A stretch of DNA of 62,059 bases, the filler included, from Sphacelaria rigidula (taxonomy: Eukaryota): NCBI GenBank assembly GCA_964200075.2. It is 8 parts of 8 records of this genome, joined end to end, with 100 filler letters (N's around TTAATTAATTAA, not from the genome) between each part and the next. Parts side by side here need not be neighbours in the genome. Positions count along the whole stretch, not along the records: positions 31,081 to 38,750 come from CAXNAA020013851.1; positions 38,851 to 46,520 come from CAXNAA020013852.1; positions 46,621 to 54,290 come from CAXNAA020013853.1; 5 more parts are not named here. One strand, written 5' to 3'. The notes beneath the pieces were generated by a model. That model did no database searches and was not told the origin of the DNA. It worked only from the letters and a program-made list of their open reading frames with translations. A program made the translations under genes and the position numbers. This document shows positions 35,972 to 47,381 of this stretch, piece by piece. Every line of letters begins with the position of its first letter. Positions within the stretch are counted from its first letter, which is position 1.

Positions 35972-36857
35972 CCGTAAAAGTGCGAGAGATGGTACCGGTC
36001 CGGAAGATGGCACCGGTCGGGGAGCTGGCACGGGGGTGCGAAACAAAAAGTGGAAATGGCATGATTTTACTGTATTTTCGCACCGGGGGGGGTGTGATCT
36101 TACCGACCCGGAACCCAACTTTGAGGGTTCGGCGGGTGGAGCAGGGTCGCTCATGAGCTGCTGCATGTACACACATGGGTACCTTTCACGTGTGTAGTGT
36201 TGTCAACATGTTGTCGGGGCAACACTAATTTGCGTATGGCCACGGTTCAAGCAGGATGATGTCTGTCATTTTCATTTAATCCGCTTGGAAAATCGCTCAT
36301 TTCGTCCGAACAAAACACGGTACACACCCAAACGAAGCAGCCAACATTTTTTTACCTTCTCGCCATATCCAGACTAGCACTGAACACCTACCGGTATACA
36401 GCAGATGACCTTTGTGCTACGGTGATCTACGGCAAGCTTGTGCAAGCTACTACGTTCCAGATCCCGTTTCCGTGATCCCTTCGAGCCAGCAACAAAGGTG
36501 CCTAGATACCAATGATGCGCCCACCGCACAAACGAAAGAACGCTGCTTTCTACGGATGATCTTCTGTATTCTCAATTAGCGATATTTCACAATTCAATGC
36601 CTCCTTCCTCGTCCCCATCCCCCGACACGCCCAAGTATGTCGGCCACGGTTTGCATTTGTTTGGGCGTCGCACCGGTCGGAGAGATGGCACCGGAGTGCG
36701 TTGAATAACCCAGAAAAAATCATTTAACTGCATTTCGGCACCGGGGTCGGGGAGATGGCACCGGTCGGGGAGATAGCACCGGGGTGCGAAAAAAAATCCG
36801 AGAGATTTTTTTTTTTTAAATCGATCGCACCCGGTACCATCTCTCGCACTTTTACGG
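35972..36857. mobile_element. Non-autonomous Tc1/mariner/pogo-type DNA transposon (886 bp)
   Basis: Perfect 27-bp TIR CCGTAAAAGTGCGAGAGATGGTACCGG; TA on the right flank and AA on the left; 18-bp subterminal repeats GAGATGGCACCGGTCGGG near both ends. Confidence 0.85.
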
Positions 36858-38750
36858 TACTCGCATTTGCAGCGAATTCGGACACGGGTCGGGAATCTCC
36901 CTCGACATATTGACTGATTCTTGGCGGAGAGGCGGATTTGGGGGGAAAACATGCGTTCTCTAGCTGTTGTACAAATACAATTCGGTAATCGGTGCAACTC
37001 ATGGCGCAGCGTACCCCGTCCTTAGGCCACGCGATCCCGGGAGTGAATCATGAGCATCGCAGCACCACTTATGGAGGTGACAAGTGAATGGAGATTCACA
37101 AATCATCCACGAGTCGGACGAATAAATGATTCGTCTGTAAATTACTTGATTTTAGTGTTATTCATTCGTACCGTACGAATCAATCCTCAGGCTTTGTTTT
37201 CAGCCTTGCAACCCAGGTACGCGCAGCCCAGGCACGTGGAATGGCGCACAAATTGCGCGGAGACCTTTTGCACCACCGGTTCAACTTTTTTCTCCTTGTT
37301 GAGCAATCAGGCCTGAAAAATCGTGGATTCGGTGATTCGAACCGGGGATGATTCGTCCGAACCGTTAAATCATCTATGGGGCATTTATTAGACCCGCATG
37401 ATCACCTCGCTGTCTGATGAATGAGTAATGAGCGCTATACTTGCAGAGCACATAGCGTGCCAGCTCATCGGCAACGGATCGGTAATACTTCACTCCCCAG
37501 ACTGCTCGAGGTGCAAACCAGGTGCTTTGGGGCTCAAAAACGTTTTCGGGTTGTTCGACAACATAACTCATCCCGAGCATATAGACCTCATATTGTCTTC
37601 TCCCCTTTTTTTCCGGGGGTGCTCCATGTGAATACACCTGATTTTATACTACACTCTTGTGATTGTCATGTGATGGAGAAAGCGAGGTCTTCCCTGTTCA
37701 GACGCTACATACCCTGCACACTGTTGACACAGTCGGTACTCGTACTTACTTCTGTTTTCGAGCGGCATTCAAAGCGTCTCTCATATCTGCAAGAAAAAAT
37801 CGGTGTTTTCTGCTGAGCGTGGTACGTTCCCTGACGAGGGGCTGGCGGCCTGTTGTGATCCATTTTGAAGCACACGACGCAAAAAACAGCGCTTGAGTCA
37901 AACACGTCGCCGAGGAGAAATGGGCTGCCACAGTCTGCCCCACTAAATAATCTCACGAACAACCCACAAATAGAGGGGGCTGGAGCGGAGACCTCGAAGG
38001 AGTTGGGGTTTGATGCGGAGTAATTTTGTTTCGAGGCGTGTGTGTGTGTGCGTGCATGTTTGCCATGGATTTTTTACGGAGCAATTCATTTTGTGCTTGT
38101 GTGTGTTTGTCATCCGATCATTATTCCTGATCGGCTTGGTCCATTCTTTCATCAGGAGAATCATCGACACTTGAAAAATAGAACCCTACTGTAAATGATT
38201 TTTGACCGATTCGCACCTCTAATTGTTTCTCCATGATGGGAACGACGCAACAGCATCGACACACACTTCTTTGATATGTCCTGACAGCATTCCAACTCCT
38301 GGTGTTGATTGTAGACCATTGGTAGGATTTCGAAGGAATCTGAGGTTTGTGCTGATGGGTGACGAATTATAGAATCAGGATCGTGGGGTGACGGATGACG
38401 ACGAAACAGGATGGTAAGGGTCACCGTGAGGGAACAACAAGCGCAGCGCCGCCACCCTCAGTCGTGTTCAGTTCCCCAGCCCAAAAGCACTCCACGCTCG
38501 CCAGTGCTGAGTAAGGCAACGGTCATTCACGTGTGCAAGACGGCCGAGTACACTACAAGTGGTGGTTCTCGAACTTGTCCGAATCATGTCGCCCGCCCGC
38601 CGCCCTGTTGCTCGAGAGGGGGTGGAACCAGGGTAGAAGTGATGGCTTATCGTTTTCTTCTTGTTTTTTTTTCTTGGGGGGGGGGGCGGGGGGGGGGGGG
38701 GTTGTTGTTATTTTTTTGTTTGTTTTGTTGTTTGTGCTTTGTCTTGCTCT

Positions 38751-38850
38751 NNNNNNNNNNNNNNNNNNNNNNNNNNNNNNNNNNNNNNNNNNNNTTAATT
38801 AATTAANNNNNNNNNNNNNNNNNNNNNNNNNNNNNNNNNNNNNNNNNNNN
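38751..38850. other. Artificial scaffold linker
   Basis: Same 100-bp linker as 7671-7770. Confidence 0.98.
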
Positions 38851-38883
38851 TATTCGGTTATTGCGTGTGTGTGTGAGGGGCGG

Positions 38884-38981
38884 GTACTCATGATGTTGAA
38901 TACCGTAGTCATGAGACCATTGACCTCGCATCCCTACGAAGCTGGGACGGAGCACGCCGGGTTCTCGCCGGACCAGGCTCG
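38884..38981 (-). mobile_element. Repeat family A, 3'-terminal ~100 bp only
   Basis: Reverse complement reads GCCTGGTCCGGCGAGAACCCGGCGTGCTCCGTCCC...ATGAGTACCC; G-tracts on both sides on the + strand. Confidence 0.85.
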
Positions 38982-40619
38982 GGGCCCGGGGGGGATTCCC
39001 GTAAACCTCAGACACGAGATAAGAATATCACCCAATACACTCGCACGCGCCGCCTACGGTACACATACCCCCCACCAAAATACGCCACGCCGTTCAGCAG
39101 TTTCGTCACAGCTGCGTGCTGACCACGTGCATACATGTACATGTTTTTCTGTTGTCCTGACAAGGCAGAGCGCTGCTGGTCGTAGCTTGCACCCAGTACC
39201 ATAACGTGCATCGCATGCGTGGCAACGGCCTCTTTTATGTGGGCGTTGTGTGTTATCCAAAGCCCGTTTCAAACGCCCGTCGTAGAGGCTGTCCGTTTAG
39301 CGTCTGATTGGGAGCCCCGGCGTTCAAATGATCCCTTCCAGCGCCAAGGTCACCAGGTGGTCACCTGCCTTTTGGGGGGGCCTCGGACTAGTTGGTGTGG
39401 GTGGAAGAGGCACCGCCCACATATGAACAACCGGAGTCAGATCCCGCTAGGTGGTTCATTGTGCGATTTCACGAATAAGGTGAATTTTGAAATTACTTGT
39501 TCATGATCGCGAACAACAGCACGCGCTGACGCCCGAGATCATCATGACCGGCGATCGCGCCACCGGTGCATGGAGGATGGCATGCAAGGAGGTATGCCGG
39601 GTGCCGCCATCGTACTCACACTTCACCTCTTGCAGACACCGCAGATACTGATGCATGAAAGGAGGAGAGAGGGGCATGGACCCCAGCCTGTGCAGCTCAA
39701 TCATGGACCTCGGTTGCAGCAATCTAATTGGCCAAAAGCTTGACTCGGGAAAAAGTCGAGTCAGCGCCCGCCCACTCGGCGAAGTGGCGACCGTCTACGC
39801 CTACAACTTTTTGTCTCGAAGACATTGCGGGACTGCCAGGTGGCCATCTGGTGACTGGGCGTGTGATAGGCTAAGGTCACCACCCGTGGGCTCTAGGTTC
39901 GCGGGTCCTGACAGAAGTGGCCCTTACAGAGAGAAAGTTTCCAGATTTTGCGTACAGTCTGGTTCACGCTTTCGACTCCAAATCCCTTCATCCGCAAATG
40001 TTCACGCCGACTCTTGGAATTTGACTGAAATTTTGCGCACGTGTACCGTGGGGCATTCCGAAACTTGTGTTGCACGGTGGTTTTCGATCAATGTTTCGCT
40101 TGTTATCAAGGGCTCCAGGGTCATGGGGAGTAACATGCCATTTTGAGGCCCTCGACGAATTAGCGAAAGAACAAAACACGTTTTTTGGAAGTTTCGGGTT
40201 GCGCCACGGTTCATATGTGCAATGTTTCATCGTTTAACTCCAAGAATCGGCGCTAACATTTGGGCCTGTGGGCGGCAAAGTGGAGTTGAAAGGTATAAAC
40301 TCGCAATTAGGTCGTTTTGTTGGCGAAACGACTTTTTTTAGCATGTTTTTACGTCAAAACGACCTCATTGCTTCAGTTTTTTTAGCAGTGCAATGATAAT
40401 TTGTTCAAATGTTCCTAGGACTACCCAGGGACGCATAGTGTATCATTTTTTTTTTCCTTGAGGCATTCTTCACCGGCTTCCGGGGGTCTTGACGCTGAGA
40501 CCCCCTGAAGCTGATGAAAAGCGGAGAAACTCTGAGACATATTCTACAACCAAATTTTCCATTGGGAGCATCAATGTTTACACCTGTGCCTCGTTTTTGT
40601 CATTCTTGGATTCCCCCCC

Positions 40620-40685
40620 TGCTCCGTCTCGAAAGGCACGCACAATGAATCGTCAAACGGCTAAGGCAAGCAACAAATGAGTAAC
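40620..40685 (+). mobile_element. Repeat family C, 3'-terminal fragment
   Basis: (C)7-TGCTCCGTCTCGAAAGG...CTAAGGCAAGCAACAAATGAGTAA-(C)n. Confidence 0.75.
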
Positions 40686-43600
40686 CCCCCTCCCCAAGCC
40701 CCCCAAGCGCGCGCGCCTCGGGACGAGTCTGTGAGATCACGGGCTCCAGTCACCTCTTCCCGGTACACGCCTTGAATTCTGGTCTCGTGGGTTGGGTCAG
40801 CGGGAGCACCGCGTCAACTCTCGTTAAACAAACGCAGCCATCTACTTTTTGTTTACTCACGTATTCATGTTTCCTGCGGAGGACCCCAGATACTTCGAAG
40901 AAAACAACCCAATGCATCGGGAAGCGAACCCACGTTATCTCCCCACCCTTATGTTGACAGTCGGACCATTACCATGCATGCTACTATTGGGCAGGCATTG
41001 CGGAAGGCATTTCCTGATTAATGAATTTTTCGTCGAAAGCGTGAACCAACCTGCACGTCTTCACATCCTGTTGAGGACTGGTACTCCAGTCCGAAGCTAC
41101 AGTAAACAGTGTTGCTCTCCCAGGCGTTTTCCCGTCATAGTCTGACTGCAAAACGCCTGTTGAAAAACATGGCACTGCTACATGAAGCTTTCGGCTGCTT
41201 GACCATGGCTTGCTCGCAACATACAGCACGGCACCAAAGGCTGATGATGTCCTAAAGTCGGGTGTTCAGGACACAAAACCACAGTTTCGCGAGACCTGAG
41301 CGCTGGAGCGAGGCGCTGCACACGGGCAATTTGTGCTCCAGCCCGTCAGCTGCCAAGTCGTGGTGACTGAATGAAGCATTGTCCGGGGGAGTTCCGGCGC
41401 GGTGTCCAACACGATGGAAAACGGCCGCATGAAGTGAATTGTCATAACCATGTGTGTACTGTAGCTGTTTTTCTCTTGTTTTCGCAGACGTTCGACAGCA
41501 CGATTGGAGTCTTGCAGATGATTTTGCGCAGAACCTGGTCTGCTGATGCACAGTGTCCACTCGCCAAGGTAGACTACAAGACACGAATGGTTCCTAGGGT
41601 ATCGACTGTTGAACCCAACACGCGAATTACCACCGTGATTGCCCCCAATTGACGAATTGGGTGAGTTCTTTTTATCGCAAAAAAATTATGGTGGGCAGGT
41701 CATGGCTGATATCGAAATACGGGGCGGCGATGTAAAAAACGAGAATTGTGGTGACTTGACAACACTAAATGGCTATAACATTTTGCTAGTGTTGGGCGAG
41801 GCTGCTGAGTGTCCAGAACATGTGTTATCCCGCGGTGAGGGTCTACACATTTGGCGATTGAAGTTATGAGAGACAGAGAGTCATTATCCAGAACGACGAA
41901 TCTTCGGCAGTCTGGCCGAAACCGAGCCCACGCTAGTGCGTCTGTTATGTGCCACCGGCCAATCAAAAACTCCCTTTCGAAGCTCCTTCATGCGGTGTCG
42001 ATGCAGTGCCGACGCTGATGATCAGTTGATATCATCAATCACCAGGCGTCTTCGGCAGTTTCATTTTGGCGGTACCTACTGATGTGCTTGTTTGCTCCAT
42101 GTTCTGTCCCCGCACTGGCAATGGGCGTGCGCTTCATCCCAGACCGCTTATGCCGACTAAAAGCATGCTGACGGTGTGGGTGATACATGTGTCTGCGGCT
42201 ACGCGACAGTCTAGTTCGCAAATTGGCAGCGTGGCAGCAGCCGCTGCAGTATCATAACAGCACAGCCAGATAGGGAGGACACGATCCCTCCTTTACCCTA
42301 CTCCGTTTCGGAATAAACTGGTCGGAGAGTACCCTGTGTATTGTACCAATTATATTCACGTACTCATGCCGAATGTGGTCGTTTTGTTCATTTTGCACCG
42401 ATGAAATATTTCTGGCCGTCGGACAAGTTTTTCGGCACCTCACGTTTGGACTACGGATTCCAAGGTTTTCCGTCAGGGGCGCCTGTGCATGATGTTCATG
42501 ATAATTTATCGCCATCAGCAGGAATGATCCGCGTGTTTCCGTCCTCGAAACAGGTTGTGTCCCGAAACTGGTGTCCTTTATGGAGCCAGTTTTGGAGCGC
42601 GAATTGTTGTTGTTGAGGGGATTTTACGCTCCGGTGAGCCACCACCCTTGGACCGACGCGAAAGAAAAATACAGTCGATATTTCAACTGTTGAGGAGGCG
42701 ACGGGCATGCCTCGTACTCACTCCCCCGAAATGGGCGTATGTCGCCTCCGATCCCGACAACAGAGCTTGTGGTACAAGCTTCTGTTCTCCAGTCAAACGT
42801 TTGTATGGCAACCAACCACTCTTTAGTATCGTGGAGCCTGTCGAGTCATGGTGTCTCTGCCGACCGCTTGTTCGCTCGTACTGGTGTGTGAAATGGGGCA
42901 ACCCACCTGTCCTGCTCACAGTACTTCGCACCAAATGACTGATCCGTTGTGTAGATCCTCAGGCAAATGGGAAAACGGATGTGATACTTGAATTTCGAGA
43001 AAGCAACATACACAGCACCGTCCGCAAAACGACTGGAGTCTGCAGGTAGCCGCGAAGCACCTCCGACAGTTCCTTTTTCTCGCGAACCGCACCCAAGTGG
43101 TGGAGGGACCCGTCTGCCGCCACCACTGCCCGCACGGGCGACAGGCACGCGCACGGCAATACCTCGCCGCCACGACGCCAGAGGGTAGGAAAAGAGCAAG
43201 CTGGTTCGAAAGGACTGCACGTCGCAGATGGCTTCGCGAAGGGCTATCGTGCAGGGAGACTCAACCTCGGCATGAGGAGAAATCCTGAGGCAAGTTGCCA
43301 TAATGCGCGCCTCAGTACGTGCGCACACCATGCCTATCTCGATGATCATTGCAATCTCGAAAGGACATCGACGTATTTGTCAACGTTTGGATCTTAGTTG
43401 CCAGACGGAGATGTACCTCGGTCGGCCGCCACCTTTCTAGCACAACTTCGAGGCTACATAACTCTCCTCATTGTGCCTGAGCTTACCGCTGCCAGCCACA
43501 AGTTGAGAACTCTACCAACATTTTACCAAGGGTCAGATACTATATTTTAGCAGGAAAAAAATGAAGAAGGAAAGTATGCGCCTCGTTCATGCACGAGCAA

Positions 43601-44697
43601 CAGCGATGCACTGATGTGCAGTTTGCGTGTCCACCCGAAGGGCTACCTCCAGTCGTCTGTGCATGTATGCTGTGCCATCGTGTCGGAGTTGCACCTGCGC
43701 TGTGCAGCACAGACGTATATGGGTTGTGAGGCTGTCGTGTACTGCACACGTACACCTTCGCCTGCCTGCGCATGTGCGTGTATCGTGTGCTGTCCGTACT
43801 ATACGAGCTGTGTGCTGCACCTTCCCCGCGTATTGCTTATTTTTTACGCTTGGGCCCCCCGGTAAACGTACTGTTAAGCAGTACGATCACACTACATTAC
43901 AGTCGTAGTAGGACAGGGATATCATGCCAACCACCAGTGCTTGACTTGCGCAGCGAAGGCATTGCCACACTGTTCAGCGTCCCCATGATGTTCCTGCAAC
44001 GCCCAGTCTTCATTTGCCTACTGATTATCATCGTAATGTAGGTCACGATTATGGCTGAGATAATATACTTCATACTCAGCGAGTAACTATGGCAAAACAT
44101 CCGCTGCAACGCACAAACTGGTGACCAAAGGATAGCACACTGTTGACTCCACTGGATGCGTGTGGCAGGGTCGTCGAAGAATGATGGTTGACGCAGAGCT
44201 CGGTTTGTGAGATGGACCTCCATTTCCATTTCACAGTACAGCACGTTCAGTACGGGTTCGGGGACAGTACAGCACACAAGAGCTTGACAAGACAAATTGG
44301 ATTTGCTCAAAAGTCATACAAAAGAAAAAGAGAGCAAGTTTGATGAAACCTCAATCCATGAGAAGTGACAAACTACCGGTTTGGCCTACATGGTGTCAGA
44401 CCGTCGAGTACCTACTGCAAGTGATGGGGACTCTTGAAGAGAAGAGTTGGACGCGCGGTGGCTATGTGCTGCGCGTCGAGAAATGTACACAACAGATGGA
44501 CAGTAGGCAGATGTTTTGGTATGAAAAATATCAACAGTGAGGCTTCAACCTTGCAACCAATCAGCACACCGGAAAAAGCCACGTCATCCAGAGTAACGTG
44601 AGCAACGTTCTGGGAATTTTTGCTCATATTACATTATACTAAGCTGTCAAACCCATTACACTACAAAGCGTTACAACATACATGTTTCCATCGAAAT

Positions 44698-45650
44698 TGT
44701 GTGTGTGTGTGCGTGTGTGTGTTTTCGTCCCATCTATTCTGGACGCCGGTCTACACCCTTGGGTATATGTAGGCGCACCAGCCGGGGTCACACTGGAGGA
44801 AGGCCAGCACAGGAGTTTTTTCTTTTCTTAGTTGTTTCAGCTCTCCACCTTCCTTCTGCGGTGCTTGCCTTTATTTTTCTATCCCGAGAGGGGTTCAGCA
44901 ATCCCTTTCCCTCGTGGATCATCAAGTCGAATTATTAGTTATCGTTGTTCTCGACTTTTTTTTTTCTCTTCTGTTTTGCTGTTCTGCACGCACCAGTTGT
45001 CCTTCGGTTCTCTAGCTTTTTTTCTTCAAGCGTTCATCCTCCCGTATCATCGCCTTTCGGCGCGTTTGCTTTGGAGTTTCACCACGGTTTGTCTTGTCTT
45101 CCGCTCGTGGTCGTGTCCTCTTCCTCCTTCTATGTCTCGAGCTGCTTTCTCTCTCACGGTTTTGTCACCCATACTTAAACCAAGAGTTATCAGTGACGTA
45201 CATTCGCTTTGCGCAGGCGCCCCTCATTGTAATTAAACGCTACCATTTTACCGTCTCCTTATTCAGACTGCCGTTTCCTCACTAGCCTCCGTACCAGACC
45301 TGTATGTTTACGAGTTTTCCTCGGCATTCTCATCCCCCGCGACTACAGTGTTCACGAGCACACGTCAACACCTGTTTTGGTGTATCCATGTTGTCCTCTG
45401 CCTTCTACTTTGGTCCGAGTACGCTCGCGGGTCCTTGTCACAATCCCACCACAGTTCACTTTTTGTGTCATCAAAATGACATCCCTTACTTTACGAGTAA
45501 TTAACACCTGCTGTGAATGCGCCTTCACTTCGTCGAACCCCCCTTCTCCCGCCCCCTCTCTCCGAACCTGCCCCAACAGGTGTAGGGCCAGGCCTCACCC
45601 GAGTAGCTACTCAATCGATTGCGGTGTAACCCACCATTCACTTTGAGTTT
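44698..45650 (-). mobile_element. Repeat family B, longest copy: non-LTR-type element with (CA)n 3' tail
   Basis: The 3'-terminal ~230 bp are shared with copies at 21895, 34932, 47105 and 54391, which all end GGA(C/T)GA(C/A)A..(CA)n. The extension to ~45650 is inferred from a single copy. Confidence 0.65.
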
Positions 45651-46383
45651 TGAATCAGTCAGTTGACTTCCGCCTTACAACCACTATTGATCACTTCAAT
45701 GCCGTGTGGGCCAAGTGCGGGCACTCAGAATCCCATGCATGGCGTCCACACAGGTTTTGCTTGACCAGAGGACTGGTACGTATCTGCAATCTTCAAATTC
45801 TTTGTGTAGGCACCGTCATGCGCGGACTCGGAGCCCTGCCCACCCGGCGCGGGTAGCATTTTGGGATCCCCTCTCACTGCAAGCTCTACTCTAGTCTACG
45901 CTTGGCTGTGGGCTTCGATAGTAACGCCGAGATGATCGCAAGGGTCGCAAGGGCAAAGCATCGGCTAAAGGTCGACATTGTCCAAATATGTCTTTGAATG
46001 GTGGAGTCAGCTGCAGCAGAATTCCGCCGTGGCTACCGGCACGCAAATAGGGCCGGTGCGCCGTCGCCAGCGCTTCGTCTAAAGCGAATCCCAGCACACA
46101 GGAGCTTTGACGCCTATTGATTCGGTATTTAGTAGCGACTAGAGGAAAATATCTTCTGCCCGTGCCATTTTAGCATTTGGGATCAAAACGTTTCTGCTGT
46201 ATCGTCGCCGCCGCCGCGCTGCTTCATTCTCGCCACACAAGGCACCAATGGAAAGTGATTCCTCACGCTGTCTAGCTTGGACCTCACGGTTCTTTTGAAG
46301 CCCCTACACTGAGAGAGCGACATTTGTTTGGGTGCAATACAGACTCGGGTTTCGGACTATTAACCCCCCCCCCCCCTCCCCCT

Positions 46384-46520
46384 CAAGGACGGGGGTAAGA
46401 GATGTAAAATGTCTTTGTGTCATGTATGGAAGAAACGAAATGAGCTATGGAAGAAACGTAATGAGCGCCGGAATGTTGGAGGTGTCTCTATTAGGAGTAG
46501 GAACGGTGCTCCGTCTCGAA
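46384..46520 (+). mobile_element. Repeat family C (~170-200 bp, shares 3' end with family A), cut by scaffold end
   Basis: Starts after a (C)n tract; AATGAGCGCC..GGAGGTGTCTCTATTAGGAGTAGGAACGGTGCTCCGTCTCGAA also occurs at 53326 and 59425. Confidence 0.8.
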
Positions 46521-46620
46521 NNNNNNNNNNNNNNNNNNNNNNNNNNNNNNNNNNNNNNNNNNNNTTAATTAATTAANNNNNNNNNNNNNNNNNNNNNNNN
46601 NNNNNNNNNNNNNNNNNNNN
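46521..46620. other. Artificial scaffold linker
   Basis: Same 100-bp linker as 7671-7770. Confidence 0.98.
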
Positions 46621-47104
46621 ACATTGGCTAGAACGAACCCAAACGTGGGAAAATCCAGCTCCTCGTTGTGCTCGGCCTTTCCCATTTCGATTTACGTGAA
46701 GATTTTGCCTCCCAAAACCATGCACTTTTCGGGGGGGGCTATCGTATAAAGTGTCAAAATCAACCGTCAACCAGTGAATCTAGTGCTATTACAACCGCCG
46801 TTGCTGTTGGTGTTGCTACTGTTCTATTTACACGTAGTCAATTGCTTTGGTGCGGGTTGGTTGTCGCTGACAATATCTTGCACGCAACCCACTTAAGATT
46901 CGTTCCCCCGAAAGTACGCTGACGTCTTTCTTCCTTTGGGTGCAAGGTATCCCATTGCTTGCTGTTAGGTGATTCGAAAATGTAATGAACGATTACACTG
47001 TTTTGGTGGATATTGTGAGCTATGCGGATACGGGTGTCAATTGAAACTTTTATTTCGGCCGTACCGACTTTGCAGTATTCTAGTGTGTGGGGGCTGGCGG
47101 CGTA

Positions 47105-47381
47105 CTAAAACAGAATGAGAAAAGAAACAAACTCCTGTGTCGACCTCAAACTCTGGATATTAGATCACATTGTCAAAAAGTGTACTGCGTACAGTATAAA
47201 ACCTACTGCCCTTTGCCATGGACGCAATAGTCGATATTGTACTCAGTACACTTTTTGACAACGTCATCTATTGTCCAGGGTGCGGTCGATCTTCCCCCTG
47301 TGTGGCCCCGGATGATGCGCCCACATACACCGAAAGGTGTAGACTGACGTCCAGAATGGATGGGATGACACCACACACACA
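47105..47381 (+). mobile_element. Repeat family B copy interrupted by a small MITE
   Basis: ACTCCTGTG..[MITE]..CCTGTGTGGCCCCGG..CCAGAATGGATGGGATGACA-(CA)n. Confidence 0.7.
47149..47282. mobile_element. ~134-bp MITE with ~48-bp TIR (CACCCTGGAC... terminus)
   Basis: CTCTGGATATTAGATCACATTGTCAAAAAGTGTACTG pairs with CAGTACACTTTTTGACAACGTCATCTATTGTCCAGGGTG. Related ends occur near 1900-1950, 23840-23868 and 50135-50208. Confidence 0.78.

Noticed and set aside
40503-40535. Hammerhead ribozyme core (CTGATGA...GAAAC)
   Set aside because: There is no stem II between CTGATGA and GAAA. The motif is one arm of a larger DNA palindrome (40469-40517), and the paralog at ~29817 reads CTGGTGA..GCAAC.
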